Origin: a virus
Lineage: Duplodnaviria > Caudoviricetes
DNA length: 37,664 nt
Strand: one strand, 5' to 3'
Virus record (IMG/VR): IMGVR_UViG_3300027892_000075
Coordinates: 1 to 37,664 of that record
A program made the position numbers and the translations under genes. Positions 26,057-34,261 of the stretch are shown here, in pieces. The stretch's first letter is position 1. Every line of letters starts with the position of its first letter. The notes below the pieces were generated by a model. The model did not search any database. It worked only from the letters and a program-made list of their open reading frames with translations, and had not been told where the DNA came from.

Positions 26057-27080
26057 AGATAAATTTGACGAGCTTCCAGAAGGCATTGAAAGCAACGACG
26101 TAACAGAGCTGCGCCGGGCGCTTATGCGTACTCAGAAAAAACTAATGGAGACAAAGCAGAAGGTTGATGACCTAGTAATAGCAACACATCAAGCCTCTTA
26201 CGACGCGACGCTATCCGCCGGAAGAATCAACCCAGTACCGGAACCAAAATTAGAAAAACATAAGAAGAAGCCAGAAGTAGCACTATGGCATTTAACAGAC
26301 TGGCAAGGCGCAAAGAAGACAACAAGTTACAACAGCGAAGTAATGCGCCAACGAGTAATGACATTCGCAGAGAAGGCAACAAGAATTACAGAAATACACA
26401 GAGCAGATCACCCGGTAGATGAAGTATTTATCCTCTTCGGAGGAGACATGATTGAAGGGCTATTTAACTTCCCAAGCCAAGCGTTCGAAATTGACGCAAC
26501 TTTATTTGAACAATACGTTAATGTAAGCCGCCTATGCGTAGATGTGGTGCGATACGCGCTGGCTAATTACAAGAAGGTAACAGTAGTTCCAGAATGGGGA
26601 AATCATGGGCGAATTGGAAGTAAGCGCGATAACGTTCCTCGCAGCGATAATTTTGACCGCATGTGTTACGAGCTGGCTAAACAATTACTCGCAGGAGAAA
26701 AGCGATTGGATTGGAAAGATTGCCCGGAAGACATTCAAAGGGTGGAAATAGGTAATTACAGAGCGCTACTAATTCATGGAGACGAAGTAGGGCGCAACGG
26801 ATTTGCTTCACCCGGCGCAATCGTTCAGCACGCTAACCGCTGGAGATCAGGGGCGTACCCTTGGGAATTCAGAGACGTATACATCGGGCATTACCATACG
26901 CACGCAGAATGGGCGATGGCTAACGGACAGGGCAGCGTCTACCAGACAGGCAGCACCGAGAGCGACAACAGATACGCAGGGGTCATGTTAGCGGCAAGCG
27001 CAACGCCAAGCCAGCGCCTACATTTCATTGACCCGGAAAAAGGCCGCGTTACAGCTGGATACAAAGTGTGGTTAGACTAA
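26046..27080 (+). CDS. Calcineurin-like metallophosphoesterase with N-terminal coiled coil
   Basis: TDWQ, GGDMIEG, GNHGR, HGD and GHYH motifs. Confidence 0.85.
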   Translation: MSLKDKFDELPEGIESNDVTELRRALMRTQKKLMETKQKVDDLVIATHQASYDATLSAGRINPVPEPKLEKHKKKPEVALWHLTDWQGAKKTTSYNSEVMRQRVMTFAEKATRITEIHRADHPVDEVFILFGGDMIEGLFNFPSQAFEIDATLFEQYVNVSRLCVDVVRYALANYKKVTVVPEWGNHGRIGSKRDNVPRSDNFDRMCYELAKQLLAGEKRLDWKDCPEDIQRVEIGNYRALLIHGDEVGRNGFASPGAIVQHANRWRSGAYPWEFRDVYIGHYHTHAEWAMANGQGSVYQTGSTESDNRYAGVMLAASATPSQRLHFIDPEKGRVTAGYKVWLD

Positions 27081-27247
27081 TGGAGAAAACAATCGAGATA
27101 CGACTAGCCGAACAAAGAGACGCAATACGGCAAGCAATTATTGACGAGCCAGAGCCGGACACGATGAGCTGGCCAAGCAAAGTGATTTGGGAAATAGCAA
27201 GAATCAGATTTACCGCAATCGTAAACGAGGCCGGGGGAGGGAAATGA
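27080..27247 (+). CDS. Small 55-aa hypothetical protein (not in the ORF track)
   Basis: TAATG and ATGA overlaps on both sides; MEKTIEIRLAEQRDAIRQAII... Confidence 0.6.
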   Translation: MEKTIEIRLAEQRDAIRQAIIDEPEPDTMSWPSKVIWEIARIRFTAIVNEAGGGK

Positions 27248-27960
27248 GACCAGCAAAACTACTAACGCAAAACAGCGAGCTGCGACCGGAGGGTATTTTT
27301 AATTGGTCACTACCAGCGTTCGCAATTCAATTAACTAACGGCCAAAACTTTAACGTGTGCCCTAACGCAGGAGCGTGCGCAAGTTTCTGCTATGCGCGCA
27401 ACGGCACTTATTTATTCAGCAACGTCAGAGGGCGACACATACAAAACTTGGAATACACGCTAGAAGACCCAGAAGGCTGGTTTGGGCAAATGCTCGAAGA
27501 AGTCCAGAAACCGAAGATGGCCGGAAAGTTTATACGGATACATGACGCGGGAGATTTCTACTCAAAAGAGTATTTAGAACTATGGCTAAAAATTGCCCGG
27601 CTAACACCGGCGGTAACTTTCTATTGCTACACAAAAGAAGTCGCCATGTTCAAAGAGATCGTCGAGCCGAACTGCCCGGACAATTTTAAATACCTTTATT
27701 CAATGGGCGGAAAACAAGATCACCTAATCAACAAAGAAACAGACCGGCACGCAGAAGTGTTCCCAGATGACGCGGCAATACTAGACGCGGGATACGGCAA
27801 TCAAGACGCAAGCGACCTATTAGCAATTACCTTGCCTACAAACAAGATTGGCATACCGGCAAACAACATCAGACATTTCAACAAGAAGATGGCGCGCCGG
27901 ACATTTGGTCAATTACAAGAAGAGCGCGACGACAAGAAGGCCAACAAACTTACCCGTTAG
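27244..27960 (+). CDS. GP88-like protein (Cys-rich, radical-SAM-like)
   Basis: WSLPA, CPNAGACASFCYA, FIRIHDAGDFYS, FYCYTK; GGAGG RBS before ATG 27244. Confidence 0.75.
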   Translation: MRPAKLLTQNSELRPEGIFNWSLPAFAIQLTNGQNFNVCPNAGACASFCYARNGTYLFSNVRGRHIQNLEYTLEDPEGWFGQMLEEVQKPKMAGKFIRIHDAGDFYSKEYLELWLKIARLTPAVTFYCYTKEVAMFKEIVEPNCPDNFKYLYSMGGKQDHLINKETDRHAEVFPDDAAILDAGYGNQDASDLLAITLPTNKIGIPANNIRHFNKKMARRTFGQLQEERDDKKANKLTR

Positions 27961-28540
27961 TAATCCAAGACTTACCGCCGGTATCTTGGAGGGCAAACTG
28001 GACAGAGCCGCCGGAGTAAATGTCGTACTTGATAGCGGTATTGACAGCTGCTTCAACGACTGTAACAGCTTCTTCCCAATCTTCAATTTCCGCAACGCCA
28101 AGAGCATGGGCAGCACCGAGGGCTAATTCCATGCCAGAGCCAGTTACATAGACCCGATCAGAAGTACGCTCAACGCCATAAGCCTCGTCAATCAAATACA
28201 AAACGCCATTAGCGGCAACAATAAACTCGTTATCGTGCGAGGCAATGTCGCCGTCATCTTTCATGTCATACCCGGCTGATTGAAAACACTTACGCAGAGC
28301 TGGCACAAAGACATTGACCATAAATTTATCAAGATTAGATTTAGGGGGAGGAGGCGGATTAAAAGAATGTTGAATTAAATTCATGCCGCGAACAAGGCCA
28401 GCGGCGGCAACAAGGTATTTCCCGTTCTGCGCAATCTTTCCCATTGGAGAGCAATCAGCGGAAAGATGATACGACGTAGTTTGCGAGTCGCCGGCGATCA
28501 AACACCAGTTCTCATTCTGAACGGCTATCAAAGTTGTCAT
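27950..28540 (-). CDS. Proteasome-beta/HslV-like Ntn hydrolase
   Basis: M-T-T N-terminal nucleophile, AGDSQ, K33-equivalent GKI, GSG, DIYSGG. Confidence 0.8.
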   Translation of the reverse strand: MTTLIAVQNENWCLIAGDSQTTSYHLSADCSPMGKIAQNGKYLVAAAGLVRGMNLIQHSFNPPPPPKSNLDKFMVNVFVPALRKCFQSAGYDMKDDGDIASHDNEFIVAANGVLYLIDEAYGVERTSDRVYVTGSGMELALGAAHALGVAEIEDWEEAVTVVEAAVNTAIKYDIYSGGSVQFALQDTGGKSWITNG

Positions 28541-28583
28541 GCCTAATCCTCTCATACGACGCGCCAAAAACTCAGATTACAAG

Positions 28584-28644
28584 ATGGGCGACAAATTACA
28601 AAAAGTAAGGCAAGATTAGCGCCAACAGATTCTAAAACGGAATC
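28584..28644 (+). promoter_or_regulatory. Repeated promoter element, copy 1
   Basis: ATGGGCGACAAA..AGTAAGG CAAGAT..AACA plus GATTC/GAATC hairpin. Confidence 0.7.
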
Positions 28645-28664
28645 CATTACGGAAGGCATAGAAA

Positions 28665-29216
28665 ATGGCTGGAAAATTTGACCTTGACTCATACGAGACA
28701 GTTGAAAGCAGATTAGCAAAATTCTGGAAAGATCACCCAAATGGCCGGACATGGACAGAAATGGTATTCATGGATGACCGAAAGTTTGTTGTAAGGTCAG
28801 AGATTTATTTTGACAAAGAAGACTTAAATCCTACGGCAACAGGTTACGCCGAAGAGATCGTCGGAGCGTCACCGGTAAACCGAACATCAGCCCTAGAAAA
28901 TTGCGAGACCAGTAGTCTGGGTCGCGCATTAGCAAACTGTAATTACGCGTCGCAGGGCAAGCGAGCAAGCCGCGAAGAGATGGAGAAGGTTGAGCGCTAC
29001 GGAACCGAACCGCGCAAAGCTGTTAAAGCAAAAGTATTTACACCGGAACAAATCGCGGCTGCACAATTAGCGATGAACGAAGTACCTATCTTGCCTAACA
29101 AAGAAGAGGCAACAAGATTTTGGTACTTACACAAAGAAATCTTAGAAGTACCGGTCGAAGGCACGACATTAAAAGACGCGCTAGGAAAATTAGTAGTAGA
29201 CAAAGGTTGGGCGTAA
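28665..29216 (+). CDS. Single-strand annealing protein-like recombinase (Rad52/Sak-like)
   Basis: YETVESRL..F...P.G, ATGYAEE, SALENCETSSLGRAL; co-occurs with an exonuclease and SSB. Confidence 0.55.
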   Translation: MAGKFDLDSYETVESRLAKFWKDHPNGRTWTEMVFMDDRKFVVRSEIYFDKEDLNPTATGYAEEIVGASPVNRTSALENCETSSLGRALANCNYASQGKRASREEMEKVERYGTEPRKAVKAKVFTPEQIAAAQLAMNEVPILPNKEEATRFWYLHKEILEVPVEGTTLKDALGKLVVDKGWA

Positions 29217-29590
29217 TGAGCGACCTACAACTACCGCTAACGCCATACGCCGGAACAAGCGGGTGGCGGGGCAGCGAGGCTAGCCGCGATCGCGTAAAAG
29301 AAGATGACGCTAACGGCGCTACATCTTTACGGCAGCGTGTAAGCCTTTACCGGGTCTACACGCAAGGCGCTCGCGGATTGACGTGGAAAGAGCTAGGAGA
29401 GATTGAGAATTGGCACGCCGGGCAATCTAGCGGCTCGTTATCAGTCCTCCATAAAGAGGGATTAATTTACCGCCTAACGGAAAAGCGCAACCGCTGTTCC
29501 GTATACGTTATTGAAGAATTCATTAACGGCCGGCCAACATCAGAGCGCAAAACCCAGACTACCTGTAAGCATTGTGGAGGCAAACTATGA
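29216..29590 (+). CDS. Winged-HTH DNA-binding protein
   Basis: GLTWKELG..SGSLSVLHKEGLI; C-terminal CKHC. Confidence 0.6.
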   Translation: MSDLQLPLTPYAGTSGWRGSEASRDRVKEDDANGATSLRQRVSLYRVYTQGARGLTWKELGEIENWHAGQSSGSLSVLHKEGLIYRLTEKRNRCSVYVIEEFINGRPTSERKTQTTCKHCGGKL

Positions 29591-29898
29591 GTGACAAGAC
29601 AAAGAAGTTTGAACCGAGTACCGGTTGGCTAGTAGCAATTAATTACCAACAAGTAAATGTCCACCGACTAGCAGAGGCGCTAGGGATAGAGCCAATAGCG
29701 GTGGGCAAGGCGCTAGACACAGCTGGATACTTATTAGAAGCAGACCCATTCGGATACATTTCAGACGTCTGGAAGATAATTGAAATTGAAAAGCGCAAAG
29801 GCAAAGAGCACCTATCCGTCGTAGAAGATAAAACGGAGATAGCGGAAAGCATTAGCGAGCTGGACGAAGAAGAAATGGAACAACAAAATGTTGATTAG
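29587..29898 (+). CDS. Hypothetical protein
   Basis: GGAGG RBS and ATGA overlap. Confidence 0.65.
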   Translation: MSDKTKKFEPSTGWLVAINYQQVNVHRLAEALGIEPIAVGKALDTAGYLLEADPFGYISDVWKIIEIEKRKGKEHLSVVEDKTEIAESISELDEEEMEQQNVD

Positions 29899-30022
29899 TG
29901 TCTTAAAACAAGCAAGCAACACAATTAAACGCATAGCAATTTGCTCATGGGCTGGCCACATCTTTATGACTACCAGACGGACAACAGAATGCGGCACTTG
30001 CGGGAAATGGAAAATGTTATGA
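29888..30022 (+). CDS. Small Cys/His protein, 44 aa
   Basis: ICSWAGH...CGTCGK; ATGA overlap with the next gene. Confidence 0.45.
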   Translation: MLISVLKQASNTIKRIAICSWAGHIFMTTRRTTECGTCGKWKML

Positions 30023-30387
30023 ATAACGTGGTAACGCCGGCGCAGATCGAAAAGCGCCTATACGACCTAAGCAAAGAGATTGACGATTCACACAGCGAGC
30101 TGGTAGAAGTCGAAAGCCACTACCACTCACACAAAGCGCAATACGAGATTGCGGTGGCCAGAAGCAGAATGACATACAGCACAAAGTCATCTCCAACCGG
30201 GAAGAATTACACAGTCCAACAAGTAGAAGCATTAGCGCTAATTGAAAATGAAGAGCTTCATCTGCGATTAGCAATGACAGAGGCGCAAGTAAAAGCAGCA
30301 AGAGCAAACGCGGCTCGCATTAAAACGCAGGTCGAGATTGCTCGCTCAATCGGAACGTCGGTGCGATCGTCTATGGAGGCGCTATGA
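30019..30387 (+). CDS. Coiled-coil hypothetical protein
   Basis: Helical 122-aa ORF; start inferred from overlap. Confidence 0.65.
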   Translation: MNNVVTPAQIEKRLYDLSKEIDDSHSELVEVESHYHSHKAQYEIAVARSRMTYSTKSSPTGKNYTVQQVEALALIENEELHLRLAMTEAQVKAARANAARIKTQVEIARSIGTSVRSSMEAL

Positions 30388-30548
30388 CAAAAAAGATAGA
30401 CGAAAACAATTTCTACACAATCCATGAACCGACATTTATGTGCTGCGATCAAAGCCAATTCCGTCACGTCTGTAAAAAACATGGGGAATTCATGGGTTGC
30501 TATTTTTGCCAATTCAATTACAGCCAGCCATGCGAGGAGCAACACTAA
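30384..30548 (+). CDS. Small Cys-rich protein, 54 aa (not in the ORF track)
   Basis: GGAGG RBS; CC..CKKH..CYFC..C; overlaps both neighbours. Confidence 0.6.
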   Translation: MTKKIDENNFYTIHEPTFMCCDQSQFRHVCKKHGEFMGCYFCQFNYSQPCEEQH

Positions 30549-30682
30549 TGAAAGAAGAGCGGGAGCACCTAAACCAATCACTCATGGAAAGTTTCATAGA
30601 CGCTTACATAAAGACGCACCCGGGAATAACGCGGGAGCAAGCTGCGAAAGAAGTCGCAGAAGCGGCCATGCTCCATGATTGA
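30548..30682 (+). CDS. Small hypothetical protein
   Basis: GAGGAG RBS, TAATG overlap. Confidence 0.55.
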   Translation: MKEEREHLNQSLMESFIDAYIKTHPGITREQAAKEVAEAAMLHD

Positions 30683-30956
30683 AAAGATACATCTATACGA
30701 TCAAAGCCTCGCATTCATACGACAAGACGCAAGATTCATAAGTGTGAAAGATTCAGGGCTAAAAAATTATTACGGCGGAGACGAAGTGAACGCGTGGGAA
30801 GTATTGGCGCACGAATTTGAAACCTACTGGAGAGCGATTATTGCGGAAGAAGTAATCAAGGCGCTAAACCTAAACCTAAACGAACCCATGCCGGCGGTAT
30901 TACTTGACAGACATTACTTACTCAACATAATTTGGAAGACGGAGCAAAATGATTGA
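30675..30956 (+). CDS. Hypothetical protein
   Basis: In-operon ORF overlapping both neighbours. Confidence 0.6.
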   Translation: MIEKIHLYDQSLAFIRQDARFISVKDSGLKNYYGGDEVNAWEVLAHEFETYWRAIIAEEVIKALNLNLNEPMPAVLLDRHYLLNIIWKTEQND

Positions 30957-31617
30957 ATTAAACGATTTACTAAGTAAGAGCCTAAATGCCTACGATAAAA
31001 ACAGAGACCGCAGCAAACAAGTCGAGATCGGTCCGAGCAGTATTGGCGGTTGCCGTCGGCAAGTTTATTACCAGCTTCTCGAAGCGCCTAAGACAAATCC
31101 GGACACCGAGGCGCTAGCGGCAATCCTCGGAACCTTTATTCACACCGGAATAGCAGACGCAATCAAACGCGAAGACCCATTTGGCGATAACTTCCTGATC
31201 GAACAGATGTTCGAATACGAAGGGCTAAAAGGCCATTGCGATTTATTTATTAAAGACATAGGGCTAGTGGTAGATTGGAAGACCACAAAGAAGAAGAGCC
31301 TACGTTACTTCCCGAGCGAGCAGCAACGATGGCAAGTACAACTTTACGGATACCTACTGAGTAAAAACGGATACGAAGTAAAAGAAGTTTCATTGGTAGC
31401 AGTACCCAGAGACGGCGAAATGGCAGAGATCAGATCGCACCGGGAGCCATACGACGAAAACATGGCGCTGGCAGCAATCAAGTGGCTAGAAGAAGTCAAG
31501 CAGCTGGCAAAAGCAAACACGCCGCCGCCGGCAGAAAAGTGGGCAGGGTTCTGCTCTAACTATTGTTCATACTACGAAGCGAGCGGAGTAACCGGATGCC
31601 CGGGTACGACGAAATAA
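30949..31617 (+). CDS. PD-(D/E)XK exonuclease (Cas4/RecB-like, Fe-S)
   Basis: GPSSIGGCRRQ, GTFIH, GHCD..VVDWKT, QVQLY, C-terminal CSNYC...C. Confidence 0.85.
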   Translation: MIELNDLLSKSLNAYDKNRDRSKQVEIGPSSIGGCRRQVYYQLLEAPKTNPDTEALAAILGTFIHTGIADAIKREDPFGDNFLIEQMFEYEGLKGHCDLFIKDIGLVVDWKTTKKKSLRYFPSEQQRWQVQLYGYLLSKNGYEVKEVSLVAVPRDGEMAEIRSHREPYDENMALAAIKWLEEVKQLAKANTPPPAEKWAGFCSNYCSYYEASGVTGCPGTTK

Positions 31618-31997
31618 ATTGGAGCAAAGCTGCGTGCGAGGGAGCACCGACAAACTTGTTCTACATTATTGAAGAAGACAAGCGGGTGATAAACCTCGTC
31701 GGATACGAGCCGACAAGACGCATTTGCGGCACTTGTCCTATTTGGAAAGAATGCCTGAATTACGCAATGGCAAACGAAGGTTACGGAATGTGGGGCGGTC
31801 TGATTTCTAAAGAACGCAACGCACTCCGAAAACGCGACGGCTCGCAGCTGCGGGAAAACGCAATCAGGGAACTAACCAAATACGGAATTCTAAGAGAAGA
31901 GATCGAGGCAATAGCAAATGAGCATACGGATTATGAGCGAAGTGTGGAGAACAAATTTACCTACTACGGAGAAGATGATACTGCTGGTAATTGCTGA
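31596..31997 (+). CDS. whiB: WhiB-family transcriptional regulator
   Basis: W..AAC...ICGTCP..EC..A...GMWGG: four Cys plus the G[IVM]WGG turn. Confidence 0.9.
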   Translation: MPGYDEINWSKAACEGAPTNLFYIIEEDKRVINLVGYEPTRRICGTCPIWKECLNYAMANEGYGMWGGLISKERNALRKRDGSQLRENAIRELTKYGILREEIEAIANEHTDYERSVENKFTYYGEDDTAGNC

Positions 31998-32718
31998 CCA
32001 CGCTACTGACGAAGGCGATAACGCATGGCCAAGCCAACAAACGATTGCTACCCGGGCAAGTTGTAATGTGCGAACAGTCCAGCGCAGCATTAACGAGCTG
32101 GTAACAAAAGGTTACCTTTGGGTCGAGAAAAGAGGAGGAGGCTCGGCCAGCTGCCGAGACGACAGGAGACCGCACCGCTACACAATCGTTTTAAAGAAGT
32201 TACGGGGCGACAAAACGCCGCCGCGTAGGTCTGAACGAGACGACATTGACGACATTATCGAGGCGACAATTACGACGGCTACGGGGCGACTCTCACGACC
32301 TATGAAACACCCTAAAGAAACACCCATAGAAACACCCGGAGAATTCGAAATCTTCTGGAAGGTCTATCCAAGAAAAACAGCAAAAGGCGCAGCCCGAAAA
32401 GCATGGGAAAAATTGACGGCCGAAGACAGAGCTGCGGCGATCACCGGGGCAAAGAGATTCGCAGCTGACCCGAACCGGGAAGACACTTTTACTCCATACC
32501 CGGCTACTTGGCTTAACGCGGAGCAATGGGAAGATGAGCCGTTACCTGTGGCTAAGAAGTCACCAGAGGCCATTAGAGCGGAGGAGATCACCCGGGCTAA
32601 GGAAAGGGGTAGGCAAGACAGGGAAGCGTCGCAGCGGCTCGCAGAGCTGGAAGAAGCGGCAAGGGCAAAAGCGGTTCCAATGCCGGAATACCTAAAGGAT
32701 TTATTGAAGCGGGTCTAG
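31918..32718 (+). CDS. HTH replication initiator-like protein
   Basis: LLVIADHA..AWPSQQTIA..RTVQRSINEL N-terminal HTH; FEIFWKVYPRK..K..A..AW and PATWLNAEQWED C-terminal domain. Confidence 0.8.
   Translation: MSIRIMSEVWRTNLPTTEKMILLVIADHATDEGDNAWPSQQTIATRASCNVRTVQRSINELVTKGYLWVEKRGGGSASCRDDRRPHRYTIVLKKLRGDKTPPRRSERDDIDDIIEATITTATGRLSRPMKHPKETPIETPGEFEIFWKVYPRKTAKGAARKAWEKLTAEDRAAAITGAKRFAADPNREDTFTPYPATWLNAEQWEDEPLPVAKKSPEAIRAEEITRAKERGRQDREASQRLAELEEAARAKAVPMPEYLKDLLKRV
32201..32337. repeat. Iteron-like repeats, candidate replication origin
   Basis: TACGGGGCGAC x2 (32201, 32280), seven CGAC cores, GAAACACCC x3 (32304, 32317, 32329) in the linker of the initiator gene. Confidence 0.55.
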
Positions 32719-32727
32719 TTGCTCAGA

Positions 32728-32768
32728 TTACCCGTAAGGGTTACACTTATCCGTAATCTTACTCGTAA
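32728..32768. promoter_or_regulatory. Three quasi-palindromic TTAYYCGTAA boxes
   Basis: TTACCCGTAA 32728, TTATCCGTAA 32747, TTACTCGTAA 32759. Confidence 0.55.
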
Positions 32769-32782
32769 AAGGGGGAGGTGAA

Positions 32783-32974
32783 ATGGCAACACTCGTAGCA
32801 ACAGAAGCCAGCAAATTACAATTTGGCGACCGCGTAATTCTCAATTCCAAGCGATGGACAATCAAAGGGATTATGGGTCCGGATTCAATCGGTACTTACG
32901 ACCTGTATTTATTAGATGACGAATACAACCCGGGAACAGCGATCGTCAATGGTCTAGTTACACTAGAGGCGTGA
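32783..32974 (+). CDS. Small hypothetical protein
   Basis: GGAGGTG RBS. Confidence 0.7.
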   Translation: MATLVATEASKLQFGDRVILNSKRWTIKGIMGPDSIGTYDLYLLDDEYNPGTAIVNGLVTLEA

Positions 32975-33345
32975 TCGAATTCAGAGTCAACGGATTACCG
33001 GTGCCGCAGGGCAGCATGAAGGTAATTAACGGGCGCGTACTTCACTCGCAGGGAAGCGCATTGGCGGTTTGGCGTTCCACAATCGCATGGGAAGCGACGC
33101 TGGCGGGATGTAAACCGGAGCAAGGGGCAATGAAGGTAACGCTGCTATTCATAATGCCAAGACCGAAAACAATTAAAAGAGCTTCTCCAAGTGTTGCGCC
33201 GGATTTAGATAAACTAACAAGAGCTGCGCTAGACGCATTAACGTCGGTGGCTTACGAAGACGACGGGCAAGTAACAGAGATCCATGCGCTAAAAGTTTAC
33301 GGAGCAATCCCCGGGCTGGAAGTCAGAGTAGAAAAAATAAATTAA
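32971..33345 (+). CDS. rusA: RusA-like Holliday junction resolvase
   Basis: PVPQGS, PDLDKL.RA.LDAL...YEDDGQV. Confidence 0.9.
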   Translation: MIEFRVNGLPVPQGSMKVINGRVLHSQGSALAVWRSTIAWEATLAGCKPEQGAMKVTLLFIMPRPKTIKRASPSVAPDLDKLTRAALDALTSVAYEDDGQVTEIHALKVYGAIPGLEVRVEKIN

Positions 33346-33359
33346 AAAAAGTTGCCAAC

Positions 33360-33420
33360 ATGGGCGACAAATCGCAAATAGTAAGGCAGAATTAGCCCTA
33401 ACAGAGACCAAGAAGGTCTC
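33360..33420 (+). promoter_or_regulatory. Repeated promoter element, copy 2
   Basis: ATGGGCGACAAA..AGTAAGG CAGAAT..AACA plus GAGACC/GGTCTC hairpin; A-tract upstream. Confidence 0.75.
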
Positions 33421-33439
33421 CCAAAAGAAGAGGGCAACA

Positions 33440-33598
33440 ATGAGCACTAACGCAAAAACAATAGAAACACTAGGGTTATTACCCGTCAAAGTTATAGAAG
33501 GCAAAACAGTAGTTCGCCCAAAATGCGATAACTGCGTAGATGGAGAACACGAATACTGCGCTAAGCGTTGCGGTTGCGACTGCTGGAAGAAAAACTAA
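33440..33598 (+). CDS. Small Cys-rich protein, 52 aa (not in the ORF track)
   Basis: First ORF after promoter copy 2; CDNC..H..C...CGCDC. Confidence 0.6.
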   Translation: MSTNAKTIETLGLLPVKVIEGKTVVRPKCDNCVDGEHEYCAKRCGCDCWKKN

Positions 33599-33599
33599 G

Positions 33600-33830
33600 A
33601 TGACTAAATTCAAAGCAGCTGGATACGACCTATTTCGCAATTCAGAAAAGAAGGTATTTACCTACGCGGTCATTTACCGCAATGACTGGATGGTTGCCAG
33701 AGGCGACTCAGACTGCGTCGGCGCAACATTTCACATCAGCCTAGAAAAGGCAGAAGCAGATTTCAGATCAATGAACAAGCGCTCTCATTTAACATCTCTT
33801 GAAATAGTAAAAGCAGAGGAGGCCAACTAA
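33600..33830 (+). CDS. Hypothetical protein
   Basis: ATG directly after the upstream stop. Confidence 0.6.
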   Translation: MTKFKAAGYDLFRNSEKKVFTYAVIYRNDWMVARGDSDCVGATFHISLEKAEADFRSMNKRSHLTSLEIVKAEEAN

Positions 33831-34027
33831 TGACTACTGAAATCCTAAAATGTACAGAGTGCGGATTCGCTTGCGATCGCGCATGGAAGTCCTATAAGCA
33901 CGCAGACTACGGCCTAATCTGGTTAGAAGCCGGAGTATGCCGTCAATGTTGGAACTCATTTATTGCTCGTTCAAACAAAGCTGCGCAAACAGAAGTAGCG
34001 GCCGCTGGATACCGGGAGGCGTTCTAA
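33830..34027 (+). CDS. Small Zn-finger-like protein
   Basis: GGAGG RBS; CTEC..CRQC. Confidence 0.6.
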   Translation: MTTEILKCTECGFACDRAWKSYKHADYGLIWLEAGVCRQCWNSFIARSNKAAQTEVAAAGYREAF

Positions 34028-34164
34028 TGAGCAGATTCATTACTGACGGCAAAGGCATTATTAAGACAAAAGCCAAGTGCCCGGAATGTAAAAGGGTATT
34101 CAATTTGCTAGACAGCAACGACGCAAACGAATGGGCATACGGCCACGATTGCGAATCAAAATAA
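34027..34164 (+). CDS. Small Zn-finger-like protein
   Basis: GGAGG RBS; CPEC...YGHDCE. Confidence 0.6.
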   Translation: MSRFITDGKGIIKTKAKCPECKRVFNLLDSNDANEWAYGHDCESK

Positions 34165-34183
34165 ATAAAAAAACTTGCCCGGA

Positions 34184-34242
34184 ATGGGCGACAAAGCTGG
34201 AGAAGTAAGGCAGAATTAAACTCAACAGAGACGGAAAGTCTC
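34184..34242 (+). promoter_or_regulatory. Repeated promoter element, copy 3
   Basis: ATGGGCGACAAA..AGTAAGG CAGAAT..AACA plus GAGAC/GTCTC hairpin; A-tract upstream. Confidence 0.75.
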
Positions 34243-34261
34243 CCTAACAAAGGACAGGCAA

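Noticed and set aside
30949-31617. Cas4-like nuclease as evidence of a CRISPR system
   Set aside because: No repeat-spacer array or other cas genes seen; stand-alone Cas4/RecB-like exonucleases are common phage recombination genes.
28584-34242. The three ATGGGCGACAAA repeats as a mini-CRISPR array or att sites
   Set aside because: They are dispersed over 5.6 kb, each upstream of a gene cluster, with promoter-like spacing; no integrase is present in the window.
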